Source: Eledone cirrhosa
Lineage: Eukaryota
Direction: 5' to 3'
Assembly (NCBI GenBank): GCA_964016885.1
Contig: OZ024749.1
Span: 5,828,001 to 5,892,000, forward strand
Length of the DNA stretch: 64,000 nt
The notes under the pieces were generated by a model. That model ran no database searches. It saw nothing but the letters and a program-made list of their open reading frames with translations, and was not told the origin of the DNA. Shown here one piece after another: positions 43,870-59,028 of this stretch (position 1 is its first letter; every line of letters begins with the position of its first letter). The translations under genes and the position numbers were made by a program.

Positions 43870-45889
43870 AATAATGATTTCATTTATTGGCCACAAGGGC
43901 CGACATATAGGGGACAATACAAAAGACTGGGACAGTGGGGTTTTACAGAAAAATCGAGTAAACAATATGAATCACAATAACAAAGCAACAATAAAATTAC
44001 AAGAAAAAATTCCCCAATAGGGGGGATGACAACCCAGGGTTTGCTCAGGTACCCCAGCAATCCTGAACGACCCGACGCTTCGAGAGCACCCTGGAAGGGC
44101 ACCCCTCTCCTCCTCAAATTTACCTACCTACAGCCGCATGACCAGAGTAGGCCCACTCACACAGGCCATTCTCGCCACATTCACCCACCTTTCAGCAAAT
44201 GCACTGGGGAGCAGCACTTCTCTCTCCGCCCTCACCTTCCTTTCCAAGTGAAACTTTAAAAAGCTGATGAGGGATTGGCCGAAGAGAAAAGTGTCTGTCT
44301 TCAGTCCTTTCAACCTCGTCCACCATACAACCTCTTTCGCTAGTGCCACCAGACAGAGGAAAATTGCCTGCCCTTCCTGGACAAAAGAAGCCGGCGGATC
44401 GATCTTCACTATGGACTCGGCCGATAGCCGGATCCGTTCTACACGCCACAACAGCTGTTCGACATAACTCCACAAGTCAGTAATGCATGGACACTGGACG
44501 AGTGCGTGCAGAACGGTTTCGTCGCTCTGCGCGCATCTCGGGCAGCTCCGTCTGACAGCACTTCCGTGCCTGTATAGTTTATCTCGAACCGGCAGTGCCC
44601 CCCGGTAGCACTGCCAAGCGAGAGATTTTTGGAAATTATCCATCGTCCCCGGCTTGAAAGTCCTCCGGATCAGACTGGTTAGTTCGACTTCGTCGACTCC
44701 CAGAGCCTCTCCGAGTGCGTCATCGTACTTGCCCACCACTAATCCTCTATAGAACTCGAGAGCGGAAGTTCCACTGACCGCATTGCCCGCCTGGTAGAGG
44801 GCAGTGAGTGCCTGGCAACATTCCAGATGCCAGTCACCCAGTCTCGGTCTCTTCTTGACTCAGGACTGCAGCTCAGTCAAAGAGACGAGCTGTGGAAAGG
44901 CCCGTCTGACAAACGGCGACCACACCTGTTCACCGTTTAGGCAGAATATCTGGAGATGCCGCAGCCTCAGCGCGTGTCTGCGCATCATTAGCCACGGCAT
45001 GCCCAGCCCTCCACGTAGAGGGTGCTGGCAGCAGATGGACCGCCTCACCAGCGGGACCTGACCCCTCCACAAGAATTTGAAGAGGAGCCGCTCCAAGATG
45101 GCGAGGGGCGAACGGGAGCAAGGGACGACAGTCAGACGGTAGTAGATGACGGACGTGATGTATGCGTTCACCGCCTCCACCCGACCTATCAGTGATAGCT
45201 TCCTCTCAGACCATTTCTGGGTGAGACTCGCTACCCTGCCCGTCACTTCGTCCCAATTCTTATCCACCTGAAGGTCTGGCCCGAACCAAACCCCGAGCAA
45301 CTTTACCGGTCCATCCGTCCAGCGCCTAACGACGCTGTTGGACGGCATGGACTTGCCTCTCTAGGTGCCGAGTTGCAAGCCCACCGACTTTTCCTGGTTA
45401 AGTTTTGCTCCCGTCAACCTTTCATATTCCTCCAATAAGTTGCCGACCACCTCGATTTTTGAGGTGTCCGACACCATCATGGTGATGTCCGCATAAGCCG
45501 ACACAGCCTTTCCACGTCCCGGTTCGAGCGGGAAGCCCTGCAACAGCTCCAGCTTCCGCAGTAAAGGCTCGAGAATCAATACGTACAGAAGGAAGGACAG
45601 AGGGCACCCTTGACGGACCGATCGGGAGACCTGAAACGGTTCCGAGAGGTGGCCATTAATTTTGACCACCGAGCAGATGTCGCTTTGCATTGCAGCGATC
45701 CAGCTTCTGAAGACGGGGCCGAAGCCAGCCGCCTTGAGGACAGCCTCCAGGTACCGATGGTCGACCCTATCGAATGCTTTCGATCGATCTAAATTGATCA
45801 GAGCCCCACCGAAGCCAGGTTTACACCCTACCCTCTCTATGATGTATCGCATTAGGTGGAGGTTGTCGTGTATGGATCTGGTCGGGATT
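43870..45889 (-). mobile_element. 5'-truncated Tx1/L1-clade LINE, frameshifted
   Basis: LDRSKAFDRVDH, VRQGCPLS, AYAD, KLLGVWFG, GGLGMP and CPRC..ETVLHALVQC knuckle across ORFs 45361-45852, 44860-45348 and 44128-44739. Confidence 0.93.
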
Positions 45890-46451
45890 GAAATATAAAC
45901 TTCGTTTGGTCATTCCATGAGAGTATCTTGGTCAGCCTATGAAGGAGTGATGCTAAAGCTGTGAAATCTTGCATGCATTAATTTCAACTCTTCTTATTAA
46001 TAACTGGATTGTTTCTTTCCAGGGACTATGTTGAAAAATAAACTTCATTTGGTCATTCCATGAGAGTACCTTGCTCAGCCTATAAACCTTTCAGTGAACT
46101 CTTATACAGCAGCATTAATGTTCTGGGGTATAAGACCATTTGGTAATGTGTATGGATGAGGGCAGTTTGTTAAAGAGGTAACCTGTGAGTTCCTAACTAC
46201 TTGGTGGAATCCATAGAAGATAAAGACATGGGCTGTAGTGGTGGGCAGAGAACTGACGTTAGGGGGTTGATCTCTCAACCCCCTAACCCCCTACCACCAT
46301 ACACACACAGAGGAGATATGATAGGAAATGAAGTAGTACTGGAGAGAATCTATCCAACCCACTGAACCCATGGAAGTAGAGAAAAATGGATGTAAAAATA
46401 ATGATGATGATGATGATGATGATGATACAAGAACGTTAATGAAAAAGAAAG

Positions 46452-46543
<92 letters not shown>

Positions 46544-47071
46544 CACACACACACACATACATATATATATACATATATACATACACACATACTTACATGT
46601 ATATGTGTATGTATATATATATACATACATATATACATATACACATACGTGTAGGTGTGTGTATGTATAGGCAAACACACAAACACACACACACACACAC
46701 ACATATATCCATAGCAAATATAACATTCTCACCGTCTATTCTACTCTCTTATGTACAAGCGCAACACCTACAAGAGAATCTTGTAGCATTAAGCATGAAT
46801 ATTAACCGAGAGATTCTTATAATTAATTCAAACTTTACTTCGACATTTCTTCAGGGTATTTTTGCAGAATGAAGAATTTTCTGGCATCGACAATTTTTGA
46901 AAAACTACAACTCTAAAGAAAAGGAAAGGAAAGGAAAGGAAGACGCACACAACATTCACATATAGATAGATATATAGATAAAGACATATTCACAAGGCAT
47001 GCTCATATATATACACAGCATATACACACATGTATGCATATATATATATATACACCATATACACACATGTA

Positions 47072-47172
<101 letters not shown>

Positions 47173-48763
47173 CACATGCAAATAAAACATGCACAAACAT
47201 ATTCAAGCGAAAAACACATACATACATACAAACATACATACACGTATAAACATACACATACATACTTACATATATACTTAAAATCACATACACATACACA
47301 CTTACATACTTACATATATACATAACAGCACATACAAACATACATACACGTATAAACATACTTACATATATACATAAAAGCACATACATAGATATACAAA
47401 CATACATACACGTATAAACATACACTTACATACTTACATATATACATAAAAGCACATACATAGACATACAAACATACATACACGTATAAACACACATACA
47501 CACATACATATATATATAAAAGCACATACATACACATATAAACATACACACTTACATACTTACATATATACATAAAAGCACATACATACACATACAAACA
47601 TACATACACGTATAAACATACATATACACACTTACATACTTACATATATACATAAAAGCAGATACACATATATAGAAGACATACACACATTCACATAAAC
47701 ACACTTATACAAAATATACACATTTATACACAAATATACACACATACAAAATATACACACATACAAAATATACACACATACACAAATATTCACACATACA
47801 CAACTATACACACATACACAACTATACACACATACACAACTATACACACATACAAAATATACACTTATACACAAATATGCATACATACAAAATATACACA
47901 CACATAGAAAATATACACACATAGAAAATATACACATATATACACCATATACACCACATACACCCCCATCCCCCCACTAAACACACCCCAAAAAATGAAG
48001 GTAGTGTCATGATAGCGACGACACATGCATTTTACATAGATTATTGATTTTTCACAACACATAACATACTGCTCACACTACCACCTATTTCCTCGTATTT
48101 TCTTTTTCCAATGTATGGGCATGTGTGCTTGTGTAGAGATGTGTGATTCTGCAGGTGCGCATGTTACTGTGTAGGTGTGAGTATGAATTCGTTTCGTTTG
48201 TGTGTATGTGACATCATAGGCGTGTGTTGTGTGTATTAGCATTACAGTTACTCCAAAAGGTGTAGAATTTATGTATCATATATCTACGTATATACATATA
48301 TATACACACACGTACTTACGTACTTTATGTATGTACATATGCATGCATATATGTATGTATGTATTTATGTATGAATGCATATATGTATGCAAGCTTGCAT
48401 TTATGTAGGCAAATATAATTATATAGCTTTATGTTACTCTTTGTTAACCAGCTTGAGCACTGATGTGTAGGTGGGTCTGTTTTAGTCTAGTGTTCGGTGT
48501 TACGCATTTGGTGTCAAACTACGGTAAGTTTCCGTCATATGCAGAGTGTAATATTAAAAATAAGTAGGAATGAGGTGGCAAAGTAGCAAAGCAATGAGAG
48601 AAGGCATATAATAAATTATGTCAGATAATAGGGGATAAAGTACTACCTTGGTAAAGTACAGAAAAACTACGGATGGAGAGGTAAATACAAATGAATAAAA
48701 TAAACAAAGTGTACATACCTCCACTGTAATGATATACACCTGGACATAAGATATTGCTAGTAT

Positions 48764-48811
<48 letters not shown>

Positions 48812-48812
<1 letters not shown>

Positions 48813-49090
48813 GGGGTCTAATGATTACATATCGCAAATCCCAGGAAACCCGCGTATAGGAGAAATACAAAAGATAGTACTAATGGGAACTGCCCATATA
48901 CTAAGGAAGATTCTGTCAATATAAGTACATCACAAGTCTAAACACTAAAGATGCATGTGTGAGTATGTATGTTCTTTCTTGAACATGGCGGACCTTGTTG
49001 TCTCTTGAGGTCACTGGTTGTGACCTGGTGATAACTCGTATGAACATAAAGCAAGATAAATGCAACTATAATAATAATAATAATAATAAT
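48812..49090 (+). mobile_element. Short 3' copy of RLE element A with (TAA)n tail
   Basis: Near-identical to 51676-51948; preceded by (TAA)n. Confidence 0.9.
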
Positions 49091-49478
49091 AGCCTGATTG
49101 TGGATGTGGCCTGCCCATTCGACACGAGAGAGCAAGAGAAGGAGAGGGAGACAATTAACCGATACCATGACTTAAAGTGGGAGGTAAAAAGGATTTGGAA
49201 CTGCCATGAAGTCAAAGTGGTCCCGATTGTCATAGGCGCATTAGGTACTATCTCAAAAAGTTTCCAGGGATGGTTAAAGAAAATTGGCCCCTTCACGCTT
49301 TTTGGAACGCTTCAAAAGGCATGCTTGCTGGGAACAGCAAGAACCCTCCGATACGTCCTGAATATCTGAGGCTGCAGGTAGTGGCTTGATATTCATTTCA
49401 ACAAACTTTCCAGTTAACTAACATCAATGACTGAGACTCAAAGAGTAATAACAATAATAATAATAATAATAATAATAA
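49091..49478 (+). mobile_element. 3' end of a second RLE element B with (TAA)n tail
   Basis: IVDVACPFD..RYHDLKWEVKRIW..VVPIVIGALG..LQKACLLGTARTLR. Confidence 0.88.
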
Positions 49479-49738
49479 TGCTTTCTTTATTAACCACAAG
49501 GGTTTACATAAAGTAGACATTAAGGACAGTTCAGGACAATACGGGACGGTACAAATGGGCATTTCTGCGTGTAAAAAAAAACAGAGGATGTAATAAAAAT
49601 AACAATGAAAAATTCCCCAATATGGGGGAGACTTCCGAAGGACATTTGTGGAGAAAGCCCATTAAAAGGCCACAGTGACCCTGACCACCAGGGCAAGTGC
49701 CCTCTCCCAGTTTTCCACCTTTAATTTAAAGGTGGAAA
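49470..49738 (-). mobile_element. Tx1-like 3' end, relative of 43870-44260
   Basis: tttattaaccacaaggg..aaaaattccccaatatggggg matches 43880-44025; FHL..KVE..E coding end. Confidence 0.65.
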
Positions 49739-49741
49739 ACA

Positions 49742-51787
49742 ATGTATAAAATTTTAACATCAGTCCTAACTGAATACACATATGACCACCTGATAACAAA
49801 TGACCTATTTCCCATTGAGCAGAAAGAGTGTAAACGAGGCTCATATGGCTGTAAGGATCAGCTTCTGGTTAACAAAATGATACTGGAAGATTGTCATAAT
49901 AGACACAAAAATCTATCGATTGCTTGGATAGATTATAAAAAAGCATTCGATAGTTTGCCACACAGTTGGATTGAAAAATGTTTAGAGATTTTCAAAATAT
50001 CCCCCGTTGTCAGGAGGTTTTTGTCATTCAGTATGAAGACATGGAAAACGACACTCCTTTTGAAAAGTGAAACAAAATCACTGGAAGCTGGAGAAGTTAA
50101 TATTAATTGTGGAATTTTTCAGGGTGACTCTTTATCACCGCTTTTATTCTGCATCGCACTTATACCATTAAGTAAAATGCTCAATGAAACAAAACATGGA
50201 TATAAAGTCTATGACAAAACCATTAATCACCTGTTCTACATGGATGACCTGAAACTATTTGCAAAAAATGATGAACAATTGCAAGGGCTATTATCCACTG
50301 TGAAGCTGTTCAGTGATGACATTAAAATGGAGTTTGGACTAGATAAATGCGCCAAAGCAACGTTCACCAGAGGAAAGCTGCTGAAGAGTTCATACATTAA
50401 TCTTGATCGGGGGAACGTGATAAGAGAACTTGATCAAGAAAAAACTTACAAATATCTAGGTGTTTGTGAAGGAGACGGAATCAAGCACTCGACAATGAGG
50501 GAAAGGATAAGGAAGGAATGTTACCGTAGAGTAAGAGCAATCTTAAGAATGGAATTGAATGCAAGGAATAGGATCGATGCCATAAACACGCTTGCCATAC
50601 CAGTAGTAACCTACAGTTACAATGTCATCAACTGGTCAAGCACCGAGATCCGTAGGCTTGATACAAAAATTCGAAAATTCTTAACCATGCACAGAATGCA
50701 TCACCCTAAAGCAGATATAGATAGAATATATCTCCCTAGGAAAGAAGGAGGACGTGGGTTAATCCAGTTAGACATTGCGTTGAAAACTGCAACAATTGGA
50801 TTATCTACATATCTAAGGGAATCACATGATTGGATGATCAAACTCGTTTTGAAACACGAAAGCATCAAAAGATCATATTCCATTACAAAAGATGCACAAA
50901 GATACAGTAATGGACTACAAATTTCAGAAGTCCCATTTACTGCTGAAATGGAAAACACAGAAAAAGCAAAGCAGGTAAAAGTAACTGCAAAGAAAGAACT
51001 GCTACAGAAATTGGCTAAGAAATGGCAAGAAAAACCTCTGTATGGAAAATACCCAGAGCGAGCTAACAATCCTGATGTTGACAAAACTTTAACCCATCGG
51101 TGGTTGGCATCCTCTGGACTGAAATCGGAGACTGAAGGACTGATTATATCGGCACAAGATCAGTGTCTGCCAACAAAAAATTACCAAGCCAACATAATAA
51201 AAAATGGGTGCAGCCCATTATGCCGTGTATGCAAAAAACAACCAGAGACCATTGACCATATAATTTCAATGTGCAGTCCTATAGCTCCAACCGAATACCT
51301 AAACAGGCATGACAGAGCTGCACAATACATACATTGGATAATGTGTAAGCATTTTGACCTGCCCCATCAAAAGAATTGGTGGGAGCATCAACCACCTCCC
51401 ATACTTGAAAAAGATCACATCTCAATCTTGTGGAACTTTAGCATCCAAACAGACCGAAAAATAGATGCAAACAGACCTGATATAATATTGAAAGACTTTC
51501 AAAAGAGGGTATGCCTGCTAATTGATATGTCTGTTCCAATAGACAAGAATGTATCTATAAAAACATTTGAAAAATTGAGCAAGTATAAGGACCTGGAGAT
51601 AGAAATTGGAAAAATGTGGAAATTGAAAACTAAAACAATACCAGTGGTTGTAGGCGCTCTGGGAATGATACCTAAAGGGTCTAATGATTACTTATCGCAA
51701 ATCCCAGGAAACCCGCGTATAGGAGAAATACAAAAGATAGTACTAATGGGAACTGCCCATATACTAAGGAAGATTCTGTCAATATAA
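49742..51787 (+). CDS. RT, CCHC knuckle and restriction-like endonuclease ORF of an R4/Dong-like non-LTR retrotransposon (5'-truncated)
   Basis: WIDYKKAFDS, GIFQGDSLSP, YMDD, GGRGL, CRVC..ETIDHIISMC, RHD, RPDI..IDMSVP, KLSKY, VVGALG; 681 codons without a stop. Confidence 0.95.
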   Translation: MYKILTSVLTEYTYDHLITNDLFPIEQKECKRGSYGCKDQLLVNKMILEDCHNRHKNLSIAWIDYKKAFDSLPHSWIEKCLEIFKISPVVRRFLSFSMKTWKTTLLLKSETKSLEAGEVNINCGIFQGDSLSPLLFCIALIPLSKMLNETKHGYKVYDKTINHLFYMDDLKLFAKNDEQLQGLLSTVKLFSDDIKMEFGLDKCAKATFTRGKLLKSSYINLDRGNVIRELDQEKTYKYLGVCEGDGIKHSTMRERIRKECYRRVRAILRMELNARNRIDAINTLAIPVVTYSYNVINWSSTEIRRLDTKIRKFLTMHRMHHPKADIDRIYLPRKEGGRGLIQLDIALKTATIGLSTYLRESHDWMIKLVLKHESIKRSYSITKDAQRYSNGLQISEVPFTAEMENTEKAKQVKVTAKKELLQKLAKKWQEKPLYGKYPERANNPDVDKTLTHRWLASSGLKSETEGLIISAQDQCLPTKNYQANIIKNGCSPLCRVCKKQPETIDHIISMCSPIAPTEYLNRHDRAAQYIHWIMCKHFDLPHQKNWWEHQPPPILEKDHISILWNFSIQTDRKIDANRPDIILKDFQKRVCLLIDMSVPIDKNVSIKTFEKLSKYKDLEIEIGKMWKLKTKTIPVVVGALGMIPKGSNDYLSQIPGNPRIGEIQKIVLMGTAHILRKILSI

Positions 51788-51947
51788 GTACATCACAAGT
51801 CTAAACACTAAAGATGCATGTGTGAATATGTATGTTCTTTCTTGAACATGGCGGACCTTGTTGTCTCTTGAGGTCACTGGTTGTGACTTGGTGATAACTC
51901 GTATGAACATAAAGCAAGATAAATGCAACTGTAATAATAATAATAAT

Positions 51948-52138
51948 AAGGGATGGTTAAAGAAAATTGGCCCCGCCCCGCTTTTTGGAACGCTTCTAAA
52001 GGCATGCTTGCTGGGAACAGCAAGAACCCTCCGATACGTCCTGAATATCTGAGGCTGCAGGTAGCTTGATATTCATTTCAACAAACTTTCCAGTTAACTA
52101 ACATCAATGACTGAGACTCAAAGAGTAATAATAATAAT
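51948..52138 (+). mobile_element. Shorter 3' copy of RLE element B
   Basis: Matches 49266-49460. Confidence 0.9.
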
Positions 52139-52200
52139 GAAATTATTGTGTAAAGTGTTCAGCTACAACGCGTCAAAGGTGCATGTATAGTACATATAAT

Positions 52201-52376
52201 TGTTTCTACTTTTAGCACAAGGCCAGCAATTACCCAGTACATTACTGGTACTTTATTTTATCGACCCCGTAAGGATGAAAGGCAAAGTTAACCTCGGCGG
52301 GATTTGAACTCAGAATGGCAAGGGCAGTAACTCTATGCGTCAAAGCATGGCCGACCCTCTACCGATACTGCCAATT
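52201..52376 (-). mobile_element. SINE family 1 with 19-bp target site duplication, inside a CR1 3' UTR
   Basis: catgtatagtacatataat at 52182-52200 and 52377-52395; flanks match 852-960. Confidence 0.92.
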
Positions 52377-52574
52377 CATGTATAGTACATATAATAATAT
52401 ACAAATGTCAGGGAAGTGAATAGTGTATGAGTCATGCTATACATGTGTGTATGTGTATGGAAGGGGAATATAAGGTGTAGTGTTGGCGCTTGGTCTCTCT
52501 ACCTTGATCTTCCTTAAAGCTCCCCTGATCATAGAGAATTTATTGTGAGTTTTTAACTCAATATTATAATTTTA

Positions 52575-53882
<1,308 letters not shown>

Positions 53883-55080
53883 AGAGATAGAGAGAAGGGG
53901 AGAGAACGACAACCTTAAGTCATGTCATATTAAGTTAACAATTGAGATGAAATGAATAAATAAAATTAGAAATATTAATATTCATGAATGGAATATACAT
54001 ATATAATATGAGAAATTAATCATTGTTTAACTATGATTAGATATTTAGTTTAAAAATTGAGATCAATATATTAAAAATTTTAATTTAAACATTAAAAAAT
54101 CTATATATTGCTAGAGAAACTACATATCATATAACACGTACACACACGCAAAAATACACATTAATATATATATATATACACATACTCATAAAATACACAT
54201 AATATCTACCCCCGTATATAACATATACATACAAAGTATAAATTATTTTTTTTATTTAATGTTATACATCCTTTGTGTTATTAAATAAAAAATGTTTAAT
54301 ATATATAAATAAATATATAAGATTAGCTGTCATGCATTTATGGCTGTGAGTTATGTCTATCTGCAATCAAATTGTATGGATATACATGTACATGTACACA
54401 TACAATTCTTACATATACATATATATACATGTGTGTGCATCCTCAGCCAATTGATAGACACGCGTCACGCATGCATACATACAGACAGACATATATTCAT
54501 AAAAATGCATATAACACATGTATATGTATGTTAATATACACATATACATACATACACGTATAGAGATAAGTATACATCAATATAGTACATAGTATAATTG
54601 AGTACATAAAATACAAAAGGATTATATTTTGGAAATATAATTATATCAATATAACTTTAAAAACAAACGAATTCTAAAATATTAAAATATTTTAAAATAT
54701 TATAGAATATTTTAAGTTAAAATAATATGTTTAATAGATTTAGTATAGAAATTTATCTGACGTATATTTTACTCAAGATATTGAAAGGATAAACTTTCGA
54801 AAATTATGAGAAGCTATCAGAATAAAAACAAACATAATAAAAAATAAATAAAAAATAAAAAAATATAAAAAATATAAAAAATAAGAAATAGGAAATATTT
54901 TCTCCTTTCAAGAGCTCTCAATATATTTCTCTAGAATAGTTTTTTATATTTATATTTATATTTAGGAAGAAAATTTATTTATACTTGAGTACTTAACCAA
55001 AGAAAATGAAAAAGATGAAGGAATCTAATGATTTATCGACAGGTTTCATATATTAGCCAAATTAATTAATTAATTATATA

Positions 55081-55575
55081 CTACATTTTAAATTTATATT
55101 TATATTTAAACTTTGAGTTCAATCTATGTCTGCAGCAACTGAATAAATTATTCCTTAAATTCAGGGAATTTTTGGTATTTAATATAAAGAATATTTCCTC
55201 TATACAAAAATCGCAATTTTTTGAAGAGGAGTTAAAAGGAGTAGCTTTTGAAATAATATTCCAAATCAGCGAATATTCAACATCTTCTCGTTTTAGGTCC
55301 CATAATAGGCTAGATAGAGAAGTTGAAGATTTTTTGTTTTGATCTGTAAAAGAATTTTTATGATTATTGAAGCGAGATTTGAACTCTGTGGAGGTAAATC
55401 CGACATAATTAAATTAATTTAAATTAGTTTTTACATTACAATTATAAACTACATTTTTAGCTAAGCAATTGTTATTTAACGGACAGTTGGATTTATTTCT
55501 ACAGTTACAATTATTCGATTGAATATTGCTTGGGTTATTATTGGTATTTTGGTTAGGTTTTAAATTTCTATTTAC

Positions 55576-55577
<2 letters not shown>
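55081..55577 (-). pseudogene. Second PLE GIY-YIG endonuclease fragment, one in-frame TAA
   Basis: CNCRNKSNCPLNNNCLAKNVVY..*FNYVGFTSTEFKSRFNNHKNSF..STSLSSLLWDLK..IW..CDFCIEE..LNLRNNLFSCCRH. Confidence 0.9.
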
Positions 55578-55632
<55 letters not shown>

Positions 55633-55655
55633 TATATATATATATATATATACAT

Positions 55656-55686
<31 letters not shown>

Positions 55687-55822
55687 TATATATATATATA
55701 TATATATATACATTATATATATATATATATATATATACATTGTATATATATATACATTATATATATATATATATATACAGTATAAATATATATATATATA
55801 CATTATATATATATATATATAC

Positions 55823-55882
<60 letters not shown>

Positions 55883-55889
55883 AATATAT

Positions 55890-57679
55890 AGGATTAGAAT
55901 ACTGGAGCGTGTTTGAGTCAAACACCCTCTTCGTATTATAGAAATGACAGTAAAAGGTATAGCTCAATGCAGTTAAACAGATCCAAAAAATTAAGAGTAA
56001 AACAAAGAATCCTTTAATACATCAAAAGTTTGCACACATAAACTTATTGTCAACCCTTCCAGATTGAATATGATTATATTTAACCCCCCCCCCCTCTTTT
56101 ATGCTCCGTTCTATTATTTATTATAGTATATCGAATATATTTTATGCCACTTTGCACCCTCCATATATTTTGCCAATTCTGTCCCCATTAGCCTACCTTA
56201 ACTCTACTTAAGTCAGTTTTTTAGATATCGTTGCGTATATGATAGTGTAATTTTATTCCTTTTTGTAAACATTTGTAATGATACATTAAAGTTTATATAC
56301 TTTAATGACTTAAACTATAGCTAATATTATACTACCTTATCGGACGGGTTTGATATTTTTAATATTAATTTATCAGATAGGGTTTGGAGTCATTTAAAAT
56401 GATCGCTTTCCTTGGTGTTTACCTAATTTCTTAATGCACGCGAGGCCTAAATGTGTATACATTTGCTTTTGTTTTGTAATTTCCGGTTGATTGTATTTAT
56501 TTGTTTTATTCTATATTCTATTTACTATTCACTGTCTGGCTTCGCTCACTCATCCACACATGTCTGTCTACTAACCTTGTAATTATAAGTATTTATATAT
56601 TTTATGCCAATTTTAAAATATATTACATTATGATATAGATCCTTATTACTTACCGTTTATTATATATAGCATTATGATATTTAAACTTTATATTTCATGT
56701 AAGATGTCTGGATTTTTTAATATTTTAATATTGTAATATGTAACATTATGATATTTAGACTTTACATATCATGTTAGATGTCTGTATATTTTTTTCTGTA
56801 ACATCATATTTTTTCTGTAACATCATAATTTTTCCCTGTACCATTATGTTTTTTTTTAGTATTATATTATATGATTTATATTTCCTCATTTATTATGTAA
56901 CCCAGTATGAATCATTTTGTACATATTGTTTATGGTACTTGTTAATATAATGTTAACATTTTATCATTGTATTTCATTGTGACATCTATATTGTTTCTGT
57001 AAATTAACCGGGGATTATCTATTCTACTTTATTATATTGTATTGAATTATATAATTTTGTTGTTTATTATTTGTTATAAGTGTTTCTTGTAATTATATCA
57101 TATTATTGCCTCATGTATATTGGGTAGATGTATTAGTATTATTTTCACTATTACCATGCTTATTTTTAATATTCAAACTTCTAATAGGGCTTAATTTCTG
57201 TGTAATAGAACATAGATATGTGTATTGTTATATGTGTGTGTGTGTGTGTGTGTGCGCGCACATATATACATGTATATATTGTACCTTTTGATTTTTAATT
57301 TGGAATTTTAATGTTGGTATAAATATATTATTATTATAATGTATTATATTGTGTTGTATATAATTCCTGCTCTATATAACCAAATTTGTTTAGATTTAGG
57401 TTGGTGGCTTTGGACTATATTTGTACTATGGTTCTTAATGTTATCTACATCCTTAGTTATTATAATTTTATTATTTTTATCTTTATTTTCATTTTTATTA
57501 TCGTATATCTTTGCAAGACATTAGTGTATGTACACTCCATATTCTTCAGAGTTTCTGGCTTGTATCTGCCGATATTACCTCTTGTTGTTTTGATTGCCCT
57601 GATGAGTCCTTAATAGGACGAAACATTGTCGGCTAATAAAAACTTTTGATGTATTAAAGGATTCTTTGTTTTACTCTTA

Positions 57680-57682
<3 letters not shown>
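55890..57682 (+). mobile_element. Non-coding PLE-like element with a 3' hammerhead and an inverted copy of its terminus
   Basis: ttaagagtaaaacaaagaatcctttaatacatcaaaagttt (about 55991-56031) is the reverse complement of about 57640-57680; leading 33 bp also at 26020-26052. Confidence 0.7.
57587..57643 (+). ncRNA. Canonical minimal type I hammerhead ribozyme
   Basis: GCC CUGAUGA GUCCU UAAU AGGAC GAAAC AUU GUC GGC, with stem I extended by GUUUUGAUU/AAUAAAAAC. Confidence 0.9.
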
Positions 57683-57712
<30 letters not shown>

Positions 57713-57741
57713 CCTTGCAAGCAGGGAAAAGCGGACGTAAA

Positions 57742-57829
<88 letters not shown>

Positions 57830-57985
57830 CAATCAAATTTTTGTTTAATATCTTGGCTTCTGATATCTTACATCTGATAATTTACATTGATTTTTTCTCT
57901 TACTGCTAATTAGGTAGTGCTTAATACTTCCCTTTCATATTTATAATTGTATATAACTCATATATAAGTATAAATAATAATATTA

Positions 57986-58045
<60 letters not shown>

Positions 58046-58078
58046 CTGGCCTGGTCCCAAAAGTAGAAACAATTATTA

Positions 58079-58141
<63 letters not shown>

Positions 58142-58160
58142 CATATATATATATATATAT

Positions 58161-58482
58161 GAAACACAAATTTAAATAATAATGAAAACCAAACAATGCA
58201 TTAGAAAGAAAATTAAATCACCAAGATAAGAAAGGGATCTTACCTTAGCAAATTTAATGATCTCAAATATTTTGGGGTTCAACAACCCGTAATCAAGGGA
58301 GTAAGTCAACTCTGATCAAATTTTGGAAGTCTGTCATTGGATTACTCCCTTGATAATAGGTTTTAAACCCAAAAATATTTGGGATCGTTAAATTTGCTAA
58401 GGCAAGATTCATTTGTTGTCTTGGCGATTTAATTTTCTTTGTAATGCATTGTTTGGTTTTCAAAATTATTTAAATTTGTTTC
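58161..58482. mobile_element. Diverged foldback (arms about 140 bp) with heavily decayed hammerhead-like motifs
   Basis: aaatttaaataat..aaaccaaacaatgcatta..atcaagggagtaa versus ttactcccttgat..taatgcattgtttggtttt..attatttaaattt. Confidence 0.75.
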
Positions 58483-58622
58483 CTATTCAACAATGCTTCA
58501 AGCAAACACTGTTATATATATATGTGTGTGTATATACATATGTATATATATATATATATACACATATATATATGTATATATATGTGTATATATATATGTA
58601 TATATATATATATGTATATATG

Positions 58623-58681
<59 letters not shown>

Positions 58682-58810
58682 GTATATATATATATGTATA
58701 TATATATGTATATATATATATGTATATATATATGTATATCTATATATGTGTATCTATATATGTGTATATATATATGTGTATATATATATATATGTGGATA
58801 TATATATATG

Positions 58811-58841
<31 letters not shown>

Positions 58842-59028
58842 GTATATATATATATGTGTATATATATGTGTGTATATATATGTGTATATATATGTGTATA
58901 TATATGTGTATATATATGTGTGTATATATATATGTGTGTATATATATGTGTATATATATATATGTATATAAATATACATATATATGTGTATATATATGTG
59001 CATATAAATATGTATGTCAGGTTACATT

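Noticed and set aside
54752-54806. Hammerhead-like CUGACGU..GAAAG
   Set aside because: Core mismatch and no stem I pairing.
55414-55416. Selenocysteine read-through as in Naiad-type PLEs
   Set aside because: The in-frame stop is TAA, not TGA, and is not at a conserved Cys.
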